Assembly (NCBI GenBank): GCA_963737655.1
Contig: CAVTTN010000002.1
Location: 288,001 to 352,000, forward strand
DNA: 64,000 nucleotides
Origin: an uncultured Planctomycetota bacterium
Lineage (GTDB): Bacteria; Planctomycetota; Planctomycetia; Isosphaerales; Isosphaeraceae
Direction: 5' to 3'
Position 1 is the first letter of the stretch. Every line of letters begins with the position of its first letter. The position numbers were made by a program, and so were the translations under genes. The notes below the pieces were generated by a model that was not told the origin of the DNA, searched no databases, and saw only the letters and a program-made list of their open reading frames with translations. Of the stretch, positions 55,330-64,000 are shown in pieces.

Positions 55330-56112
55330 TCATCGGCGAGGGGAGCACTCGGCCTCCATGAAACATTTGGCGACTACGGTTTGAACAGCTACCACGGGGC
55401 GAGGTCTCGGGCAAGTCCGTTCAAAACGCCAGCATGGGGCCAGGGGGGCGCCATGCTGGCTGACACCGAATCTCCTGCACGAACTCCCCGCGTCCTCAGA
55501 CCCGGACGCCCCGGCGACGACGCGCCGGACGCCCCGAAGAATCAGCCCGCCCAGGCCGACCAGCGCCAGGGTCGAGGGCTCGGGGACCGCTCGGATCGAG
55601 CTGTTCCAGGCCGCGTTCACACCATCAAAAGCCACCAGCAGGTCGCCGGAGGCCGTGGAGAACGTCCCGCCGCCGCCGATGGCCCCGAGGTAGCCGGAAA
55701 ACGTCGTCGGGACCGGGTTGGAGGCGTCGAAGGTCGGTGTCGCCGTGGTGTAAAACGGGGCGAAGAGTCCGTTGCCCCCCAGGGCCGGGATGTTGTATCC
55801 CATATATTGCGGGTTCGTGGGATCGACCAGAAGCACCGACCAACTGCCAGGGTTGCTCTCCGAGTAAAGAGTCCCGCCGACATTGACCGTGATCTGACTG
55901 GCCGCGTAGACATAGGCTCCCTGCGTAATGGGCATGCCCGACGAAGTGTCGAAGACCGTCTGGATTTCCAGGCTGGTGCCATCGGCGATGGCATTGCCGG
56001 CAAGGGTGCTTCCCAGGGTCACGCCCTGGTAGTCCAACACGAGCAGGTCGGCTCGTGCCGGGACCGAAGCCAACGCCACGAAGGCCAGGGACGCGAGCAG
56101 GCGACGAATCAT
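55330..56112 (-). CDS. PEP-CTERM sorting domain protein (tail runs on into repeat A')
   Basis: Signal peptide PARA-D and VPEPSTLALVGLGGLILRGVRR. Confidence 0.88.
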   Translation of the reverse strand: MIRRLLASLAFVALASVPARADLLVLDYQGVTLGSTLAGNAIADGTSLEIQTVFDTSSGMPITQGAYVYAASQITVNVGGTLYSESNPGSWSVLLVDPTNPQYMGYNIPALGGNGLFAPFYTTATPTFDASNPVPTTFSGYLGAIGGGGTFSTASGDLLVAFDGVNAAWNSSIRAVPEPSTLALVGLGGLILRGVRRVVAGASGSEDAGSSCRRFGVSQHGAPLAPCWRFERTCPRPRPVVAVQTVVAKCFMEAECSPRR

Positions 56113-56557
56113 GGTCGGTCTCCACGAGGAGCGGGGAGGCACGGGGGGCGAACGGCGTCGCACGCGGACGCCGGCCGGGACGGCGCCAGTCCTGGGGCCG
56201 TCGGTGCGAAATATAACCCGATTCGGAATAGCTTTTCAACGATCAATTTTGAATTTGAAGAATCCATGTCGAGTTGAAGAAGGCATGTCGGGTGATCGCG
56301 ACGCCCGGCCCAACGATCCCGATCGCCGGGTCATGCGCGCCCCCCTCGGCCGAGAGATCGCCATCCGCCACGCGGAGACGATGCCTCCGACGGGACACGT
56401 GCGTGACTCCCGCGGCCCTCTCGGACTCTCGAAGCCCCGAGCTGACCTCGCAGGGGATTCGCGCCACCTCCACCCCTCCAGACCAGCGGCTTCCCGGGTC
56501 CAAAGCCACAGGATCGCGGGCAGGGGAGGCGTGGAGCCCATTGCGGAGGTTTCCCGC

Positions 56558-56977
56558 TCAGTCCTCCGGCTCCGGAGGGTCAGGCTTGATCGGGAGCCAG
56601 GGCGTCATCGCCGCATTGGCGTACTTCTGCGCCAATTCCCTATGAAACCTGGATTTGGCCGTCGGCCTCGATCCGTGAATATAGCCCTGTGAATCAAAGC
56701 GACCTGGCGTCCCCTGGCCGAACCGGGCCAGCGAGCGGTGGGCCTCGGCCAACTCGCGGTAAGATCGGGAGAGCCGGGCAAGCTGGTCGGCCTCGCGCGC
56801 CTCGCGCTCGATCCATCGGCTTTCCTGGGCGATCATCGCGGCCGAGAGTGCCGCGATGAGGATCAGCAGCAGGAACGTCCCCAGCCCGACCCGCCTCGGC
56901 CGGGCCGCCGCGATCGACCCGAGCCGACGTCGGAACCACGGGCCGAGAGTCGGGAAGTGCCCGGAATGGGGCATCAC
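56558..56977 (-). CDS. Hypothetical planctomycete membrane-anchored protein
   Basis: RRVGLGTFLLLILIAA TM segment and a C-terminal KYxxAAxxPWLPIxPDPPEP motif. Confidence 0.65.
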   Translation of the reverse strand: MMPHSGHFPTLGPWFRRRLGSIAAARPRRVGLGTFLLLILIAALSAAMIAQESRWIEREAREADQLARLSRSYRELAEAHRSLARFGQGTPGRFDSQGYIHGSRPTAKSRFHRELAQKYANAAMTPWLPIKPDPPEPED

Positions 56978-57035
56978 GAACCTTCTCTCCGATCGAAGAC
57001 GACCGCCCGGCCAAGGGATCGGGCCGATGTCCCTG

Positions 57036-57623
57036 TCAGGATCCCTGGCGACAGGTCACCCGGAGATTTCGGAGGCAGCCGGCCTCGACGAGGATCGGCC
57101 GGACCACGGCCCACAAGGCCTCGGCGTCGGGCCCGACCATGAAGAGCGTGCCGGAGTCCGAGTCGTCGGAAAATTCTTCGCCGTCGAAACGGCCCACCTC
57201 GGCGGCGTCGATCGCGGCTTCCAGCCGATCCACCACGTCATGAAAGGCAGCCGGGCTCGCTTCGGAGTAGTCGAATTGGGCGATGACCCAGTAGACTCTC
57301 GCGCCAGGTCCCGATGGACGCCCTCCTCCCTCGGCGCACCGGCGAACGCCTCGAATCACACAGAACGGCAGGCCGACCAGGACGACGGTCGGGAGGGCCG
57401 AGATCAACCCCATCATGAAGATCATCGGATACCAAAAGGCGAGATTGGCGATCCGAAAGACCAACTGCGGGTCGTGCGTCGCGATGAGGACGAGGAGGTT
57501 CGCGAACGCGCAGACGAGAGACCCGAGGATGACCGCTCGCGCGTAGTCTCGGACGTAGCCATGGACCACGGCGGCCATCGCGGCACACATGCCGACGTAC
57601 CATAAAATGCCGATCGTGTTCAC
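57036..57623 (-). CDS. Hypothetical membrane protein
   Basis: Three TM segments followed by a small acidic domain (RFDGEEF...TLFMVGPDA). Confidence 0.55.
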   Translation of the reverse strand: MNTIGILWYVGMCAAMAAVVHGYVRDYARAVILGSLVCAFANLLVLIATHDPQLVFRIANLAFWYPMIFMMGLISALPTVVLVGLPFCVIRGVRRCAEGGGRPSGPGARVYWVIAQFDYSEASPAAFHDVVDRLEAAIDAAEVGRFDGEEFSDDSDSGTLFMVGPDAEALWAVVRPILVEAGCLRNLRVTCRQGS

Positions 57624-57929
57624 CAGCGAGATTCTCGCACAAGATGGCCCGACGTCGAGCGCGAGGAGGAAGCGAGACGGCTTACCGGCGCTGGACGTCC
57701 ACAGGCGCGTGGGTCCACGAAACCCGGGAGGGCGTCTCGGTTCCGCGCTCGGCACCCGCGTCGCGGCGACTGTCGGGAGCCTACCAGCGCCTCGGCGCCC
57801 TCGCCATCGGATTCGTCGAAAGCCGCGGATTTCGAGAGCCGTGAGCCTGGCGCGATGTTGAGGAGGGCGACTCCGGTTTCGCGATCCGGGCCCCGGGTCG
57901 CCCCCTCGTCGAGCGGCTTCGGACCGCTC

Positions 57930-58280
57930 TCAAATCGTCTGGTCCCCGCCCATCGACGTGCGACCCTTCTTGTGGCCGAGCTTGTCGAGCAGGTGGTCGA
58001 GCGAGCGCTCGAGCTTTTCGGAGGCGCCGTCGATGGCCTCGTCGAGCGAGGCGGCGTCGTGGGTGACGGCCACGGGCTGGTGGCCGGCGAGCCGGGCCTC
58101 CATCACGCATCTCTTGTCGTGGTCACCCCCCTTGTGGGCGTTGTCGTCGTGGAGGTGGACCTCGACCCGTGTGATCTGGTCGGCGAACCGGCCGAACGTC
58201 CCCTCGACCTCGGTCTCGACCCTCTGGGCCAGGGCCTCGCTGCCTTCGATATGGTTGTCGGTGTGGACCAGGACGATCAT
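57930..58280 (-). CDS. HPF/RaiA family ribosome-associated protein
   Basis: VHTDNHIEG...ITRVEVHLHD...DKRCVMEARL. Confidence 0.85.
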   Translation of the reverse strand: MIVLVHTDNHIEGSEALAQRVETEVEGTFGRFADQITRVEVHLHDDNAHKGGDHDKRCVMEARLAGHQPVAVTHDAASLDEAIDGASEKLERSLDHLLDKLGHKKGRTSMGGDQTI

Positions 58281-58470
58281 GGCGGCGTCTCGATGGTTCG
58301 GTTTTGGGGGGCCGGAGAAATGATCGGACCCGTAATGCAGAAGGTATGCCGGGCGGGTCGCCTTTCGCAATGGCCGGGGGTCGTCTAAAATGAGGGGGAC
58401 GATCGCGGAGAGACGGGCGCCGACGGGGCGGCTCACTCCGGGGTGGCGTCGCGACGAAAGGGCCGGGCTC

Positions 58471-59925
58471 ATGGCGATCGGGTTGCTCTCGGAGAGCCGG
58501 GCCGGCTCGGCCGTCGATTCGGCCTATCAGCAATGCTTGAATCCCTCGTGCCGCCACACCCTGGGCCTCGACCAGGCCGTCTTCGCCTGCCCCGAGTGCG
58601 GCGACCTCCTGGACGTGGTTTATGACTGGGACCGCCTTCCCGTCCCGGCCAGCCTCCGCGACTTCGAGGCGAAATGGTCCCGGAGGCTCGACCCGTTGAG
58701 CTTCTCCGGGGTCTGGCGGTTCCGCGAGCTCCTGCCGTTCGCGCCGGCCGAGTCGATCGTGACCATCGGCGAGGGGCAAACCCTCCTCCAGCCGGCGGAC
58801 AAGGTCGGCCAGTACGTGGGCGTCGATCCGGGGAACCTGCTCCTCCAGTACGAGGGGATGAATCCCTCGGGGAGCTTCAAGGACAACGGGATGACCGCCG
58901 CGTTCACCCACGCGAGGATGGTCGGCGCCCGACGGGTCGCCTGCGCCTCGACGGGGAACACCTCGGCGGCCCTGGCGGTGTACTGCTCGGCCACGAACCA
59001 CGGGTTCAAGGCGATCATCTTCGTCGGCTCGGGCAAGATCGCCTATGGGAAGCTCGCGCAGGCCCTCGATCACGGGGCGTTGACGATCCAGATCGCCGGC
59101 GATTTCGACGACGCGATGCAACGGGTCCGCCAGGTGGCCGACCGCCTGGGCATCTACCTCATGAATTCGGTCAATCCCTTCCGCCTGGAGGGGCAGAAAA
59201 CGATCATGTATCGGGTCTTGGAGGCGCTGGCCTGGGAGCCCCCGGACTGGATCGTGGTCCCGGGCGGAAACCTCGGCAACTCGTCCGCGTTCGGCAAGGC
59301 GTTCATCGAATTGAAACACCTGGGATTGATCGACCGCGTGCCTCGGCTGGCGGTCATCAATGCCTTCGGGGCACGGACCCTGGAGGAACTCGTGGGGACC
59401 CACGGGCTTTCCTGGCTCGACGGGACGCCCGACGAGAAGGTCACCAACGCGTACTATGCTCTCCTGGATGCCTCGAAGGCGAAGGCCAACACGATCGCCT
59501 CGGCGATCGAGATCAACCGGCCGGTGAACCTCAAGAAATGCTTGCGGGCCCTGGATTTTTGCGATGGCGTCGTCCGGCAGGTCTCCGACCAGGAGATCAT
59601 GGACGCCAAGGCGCGGGTCGGCGCCGGGGGCCTCGGCTGCGAGCCGGCCAGCGCGGCGAGCGTCGCCGGGGCGAGGAAGCTCCGCGAAGAGGGCGTGATC
59701 GCGCCCTCGGACCGCGTGGTCTGCATCCTCACCGGCCATCAATTGAAGGACCCGACCGCGACGGTCGCCTATCACAGCGCCGATCAGGACCAGTTCGACC
59801 GCGTCCTGGCCAGCCGGGGCGTCCGCCGGGCGGGTTTCGCGAATCGGCCGGTGATGGTGCCGAACGACCTGGACGACATCATCCGGATGATCGCGCTATA
59901 CTCCGATTCCGGGGAGCCGGCGTAA
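58471..59925 (+). CDS. thrC: Threonine synthase
   Basis: [48 protein letters not shown]. Confidence 0.94.
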   Translation: MAIGLLSESRAGSAVDSAYQQCLNPSCRHTLGLDQAVFACPECGDLLDVVYDWDRLPVPASLRDFEAKWSRRLDPLSFSGVWRFRELLPFAPAESIVTIGEGQTLLQPADKVGQYVGVDPGNLLLQYEGMNPSGSFKDNGMTAAFTHARMVGARRVACASTGNTSAALAVYCSATNHGFKAIIFVGSGKIAYGKLAQALDHGALTIQIAGDFDDAMQRVRQVADRLGIYLMNSVNPFRLEGQKTIMYRVLEALAWEPPDWIVVPGGNLGNSSAFGKAFIELKHLGLIDRVPRLAVINAFGARTLEELVGTHGLSWLDGTPDEKVTNAYYALLDASKAKANTIASAIEINRPVNLKKCLRALDFCDGVVRQVSDQEIMDAKARVGAGGLGCEPASAASVAGARKLREEGVIAPSDRVVCILTGHQLKDPTATVAYHSADQDQFDRVLASRGVRRAGFANRPVMVPNDLDDIIRMIALYSDSGEPA

Positions 59926-60029
59926 GGCTCCGCTTCAGGGCCGAGGCGGTCTTGGCCGAGGCGGCTCCGGGCGGTTAGGATGGGTGCCCCGCGATACTCG
60001 AGCGACCCCTCGGCGAAAGGTCCGCGAAC

Positions 60030-60824
60030 TTGGCTCCGCACTCGCCCTTACTCGTCGCGATCCACGGCGCCTCCGGCCGGATGGGCACCCGGCTGATCCA
60101 GTTGATCGCGGCCGACCCCGGCCTCGCCCTGGCCGGGGCGATCGACCGGCCGGGCCACCCTCGGATCGGCGAGGACGTGGGCACGGTCCTCGGGCTCGGC
60201 CCCCTCGGCGTGCCGATCAGCGGGTCTCTGGAGACGAGGCCGGACGTGGTGATCGACTTCGCCTCGCCAACCGCGACCCCGGCCCTGGCGGCGATTTGCG
60301 CCGAAAAAGGGGTGGCCCTGGTCGTGGGGACCACGGGGTTCGAGCCGGCGGAGCGGAGGGCCGTCGAGGCCGCGTCGGCGAAGGTGCCCGTGCTGATCTC
60401 GGCGAACTTCAGCAAGGCGGTCAACCTGCTGTTCCGCCTGGTCGGGGCGGCGGCGAAGGCCCTGGGGGACTCGGCCGACGTGGAGATCGTCGAACGTCAC
60501 CACCATTTCAAGAAGGACGCCCCCAGCGGCACGGCCCTGAAGATCGCCGACGTGGTGGCGAAGGCGATCGGCACGGATCGGCTGGTCCACGGCCGGAGCG
60601 GGCAGGTCGGCGAGAGGCCCCGAGGGGAGATCGGCCTCCACGCCCTCCGCGCCGGCGACAACCCGGGCGAGCATACCGTCGTGTTCGGCCTGATGGGCGA
60701 GTGCCTCGAAATCTCCCATCGCGCCCTGAACCGCGACGGCTTCGCGCTCGGGGCCCTGGATGCCGCGAAGTTCCTGGCGAACAAGCCGCCCGGCCTTTAT
60801 TCGATGGACGACCTCCTCGGCTGA
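60030..60824 (+). CDS. dapB: 4-hydroxy-tetrahydrodipicolinate reductase
   Basis: GASGRMG, VVGTTG, EIVERHHHFKKDAPSGTA. Confidence 0.96.
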   Translation: MAPHSPLLVAIHGASGRMGTRLIQLIAADPGLALAGAIDRPGHPRIGEDVGTVLGLGPLGVPISGSLETRPDVVIDFASPTATPALAAICAEKGVALVVGTTGFEPAERRAVEAASAKVPVLISANFSKAVNLLFRLVGAAAKALGDSADVEIVERHHHFKKDAPSGTALKIADVVAKAIGTDRLVHGRSGQVGERPRGEIGLHALRAGDNPGEHTVVFGLMGECLEISHRALNRDGFALGALDAAKFLANKPPGLYSMDDLLG

Positions 60825-60839
60825 ACGAGACGCCCCACG

Positions 60840-61235
60840 ATGGCCCAGTGCGAAACCGGATACCTGTGCGAGGTCTGCGGCGCCGAGGTCGAGGACATCA
60901 CCGAGTCCGACCTGTACTTGCGCTACGTCCTCGGCGAGGTGGACCCCGAAACGCTCCACGTCTCGCCGGAGCGTCACCTCGGCTGCAATCCCTCCCTGGC
61001 CCAGTTCATCGTCGACGAGCGATTCCCGGCGGTCGCCGTCGAGGGGTTCTTCGCCAAGGCGAACCTGGACCCGGCCTTCGTGGCGGCCGAAGAGGCTCGC
61101 GTGACGGCCGGATACCGCCGGCTCCGGGAGGTCTTCTTGACGGAGGGCCTGCCGATCACCGATTATCCCCTGCCGGGCGTCCTGGACAGGTGGTCCGACT
61201 CGTCCGAGGTCCTCGATCCGTCCGTTCGCCCCTGA
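60840..61235 (+). CDS. Conserved hypothetical Cys-containing protein
   Basis: [12 protein letters not shown]-terminus, located in the operon between dapB and uxs. Confidence 0.75.
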   Translation: MAQCETGYLCEVCGAEVEDITESDLYLRYVLGEVDPETLHVSPERHLGCNPSLAQFIVDERFPAVAVEGFFAKANLDPAFVAAEEARVTAGYRRLREVFLTEGLPITDYPLPGVLDRWSDSSEVLDPSVRP

Positions 61236-61254
61236 GATCCACAGGAGTCGGCCT

Positions 61255-62187
<933 letters not shown>

Positions 62188-62227
62188 AAAAAAACGGGGG
62201 ATCGGTGCATTTTCCTGCGCCGGACAC

Positions 62228-63205
62228 ATGAAGATCCTGGTCGTCGGCGGAGCGGGCTACATCGGCAGTCACACCACCCGGGCCCTGATGGCCGCCGGGC
62301 ATGACGTCGCGGTATTCGACAGCCTGGAAATCGGCCACGAGGCGGCCGTCCCGCCCGGGTCCCTGATCGTGGGCGACCTGGCCGACCGCGAGGCCCTGAA
62401 TCGGGCCGTCCGGGGCCGGGATGCCGTGATCCATTTCGCCGCGTACACCTCGGTCCCCGAGAGCGTGGCCGACCCCTCGCGCTATTATCGCAACAACCTG
62501 GTCGGCAGCCTCAACCTGCTCGACGCCCTGCGCGACGAGGGCTGCCGCCGCGTGGTCTTTTCCAGCACGGCGGCCGTCTACGGAATCCCGGAACGCGTCC
62601 CGATCTCCGAGACCTCGCCGACCCGGCCCATCAACCCGTACGGGTTCACCAAGCTGGCGATCGAGCAGGCGATGGGGGACTACGCCCGGGCCTTCGGCCT
62701 GGGGTTCGCCGCCCTCCGCTACTTCAACGCCTGCGGGGCCTCGTCCGACGGCTCGATCGGCGAGGACCACTCGCCCGAGACCCACCTGATCCCGATCGTC
62801 CTCCAGGTCGCGCTCGGCCAGAGGCCGAACGTCGCCGTCTTCGGCACCGATTATCCCACGCCCGACGGCACCTGCATCCGCGACTATATCCACGTCGAGG
62901 ACCTGGCCGACGCCCACGTCAAGGCCCTGGAGGCGATCGAGCCGGGCTCGGGCCTGATCTACAACGTCGGCACCGGCTCCGGGTTCAGCGTCCGCCAGGT
63001 CATCGACGCCTGCCGGAGAGTCACCGGCCAGCCGATCCCCACCGTCGAGAAGCCCCGGAGGGCCGGAGACCCCCCAACGCTGGTGGCCTCCTCCGAGACG
63101 ATCCGAAAAGACCTCGGCTGGTCGCCCCGGTTCACCGAGATCGAGCCGATCGTGGCCTCGGCCTGGAGCTGGCACAAGGCCCACCCCCGGGGGTATGGCT
63201 CGTAA
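62228..63205 (+). CDS. galE: UDP-glucose 4-epimerase
   Basis: GGAGYIGSH, FSSTAAVYG, LRYFNA, DGTCIRDYIHVEDLA. Confidence 0.95.
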   Translation: MKILVVGGAGYIGSHTTRALMAAGHDVAVFDSLEIGHEAAVPPGSLIVGDLADREALNRAVRGRDAVIHFAAYTSVPESVADPSRYYRNNLVGSLNLLDALRDEGCRRVVFSSTAAVYGIPERVPISETSPTRPINPYGFTKLAIEQAMGDYARAFGLGFAALRYFNACGASSDGSIGEDHSPETHLIPIVLQVALGQRPNVAVFGTDYPTPDGTCIRDYIHVEDLADAHVKALEAIEPGSGLIYNVGTGSGFSVRQVIDACRRVTGQPIPTVEKPRRAGDPPTLVASSETIRKDLGWSPRFTEIEPIVASAWSWHKAHPRGYGS

Positions 63206-63287
63206 GGCCCGCGATTGCGGCCCTTCACATGGCAGGGTGGCATGCTTACACGGACGTAAGCATCTACCCGGCCGCTCCGGCACAAGC

Positions 63288-63536
63288 TCAAGCGTCGGCC
63301 GATTGCCGGGACCCGCTCGGCAGGGGCTCGACGGCGGTGACGTGGAGCAGCGAGCAGATCTTGAACTCGGCGGGGACGCCGTCCTCCGAGTCGTCGAGCC
63401 CGACGAGGATGCTGGTCCGGGTCAACCACGCCATCTCCGGATGGCGGACCTCGTAGGTCTGGCCGCTGGACATAACCAGCCGGAACGGCTTGAACGGGCG
63501 CTGAGCCAGGATTTCGCGGAAGGTCTGTACGGTCAT
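63288..63536 (-). CDS. Small hypothetical protein (planctomycete family)
   Basis: RPFKPFRLVMSSGQTYEVRHPE motif, with an RBS-like GAGG upstream. Confidence 0.75.
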   Translation of the reverse strand: MTVQTFREILAQRPFKPFRLVMSSGQTYEVRHPEMAWLTRTSILVGLDDSEDGVPAEFKICSLLHVTAVEPLPSGSRQSADA

Positions 63537-63669
63537 TCCTCGATCTTACCGCCAGCCGGCTGGGCTGTCGAGGCGATGCCTCACGACCAAGCCCAGCGGA
63601 CCCGAACCGCCAGGACAGCAACGATCGCGGAGAAGGTACCGCGACGGTGAACGCCAGGTCCGGCGCGAT

Positions 63670-64000
63670 TTAAGCGCGTCGTTCCTCAACGAGACGTAGC
63701 AGGAGGGTGCCCTGGTCCGGAGTGACCGGGAAGTTGGTGCCCTGCTGAAAGCCGTGGAACACCGACAGGTTTTCCAGGCCCGGCACGGAACGCAAGAAGG
63801 TATGCGGCAAACTTACCTCCCAGTCCGTGATTGTGGCGAGCACACGCCATTGCACTTCGGTGTCAGGCTCGGCCCAATAGGTTTGCTCGCTCTCCATCTC
63901 GGGCATCTCTTGAGGCACGCTCTCCGCCCGGAGGACGGCGCGGATGCCTCGGTCTCGTCCGGTCTCCCAGATGAAGATCGTGTCGCCGGGTGCAATCTCT
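63670..64000 (-). CDS. EVE/PUA-like domain protein (5' truncated by window edge)
   Basis: The open frame extends to the window end: IAPGDTIFIWETG...GTNFPVT. Confidence 0.65.
   Translation of the reverse strand, partial: EIAPGDTIFIWETGRDRGIRAVLRAESVPQEMPEMESEQTYWAEPDTEVQWRVLATITDWEVSLPHTFLRSVPGLENLSVFHGFQQGTNFPVTPDQGTLLLRLVEERRA

Overview
High-GC Planctomycetota DNA (Isosphaeraceae-like, judged from a planctomycete LExRxLL signal peptide, PEP-CTERM genes and a long SecA). Bases ~6.4-53.9 kb and ~58.4-63.2 kb are mostly housekeeping genes (yebC, dapL, folK, smpB, marR-pirin-wrbA, recQ, a Gld-type ABC system, ilvN-ilvC, secA, manC, ruvX, clpS, rlmI, mntR, thrC, dapB, uxs, galE). About a dozen frameshifts fall in conserved genes and are probably long-read indel errors. 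The notable region is 1-6330, an array of unrelated, co-oriented small genes with integron attC sites and no integrase in the window. An intact IS110 bridge recombinase sits next to one attC. Its upstream non-coding region has two parallel loops: one guide matches the attC R'' box (CTAACCT) and the other matches the element's own end (CTCCCCG). Five more IS110-end-like fragments occur in the array, four at an identical GCCT| junction and one degenerate. This motif supplies the stop codon of four genes, which suggests an array repeatedly hit, or built, by attC-targeting bridge recombinases. Other points of interest are a second variable locus (54-58.3 kb) with duplicated flanks around PEP-CTERM cargo, a Gly/Tyr/Phe-rich secreted precursor paired with an S8 protease, nested REP/MITE palindromes and an in-frame MNT-HEPN fusion.
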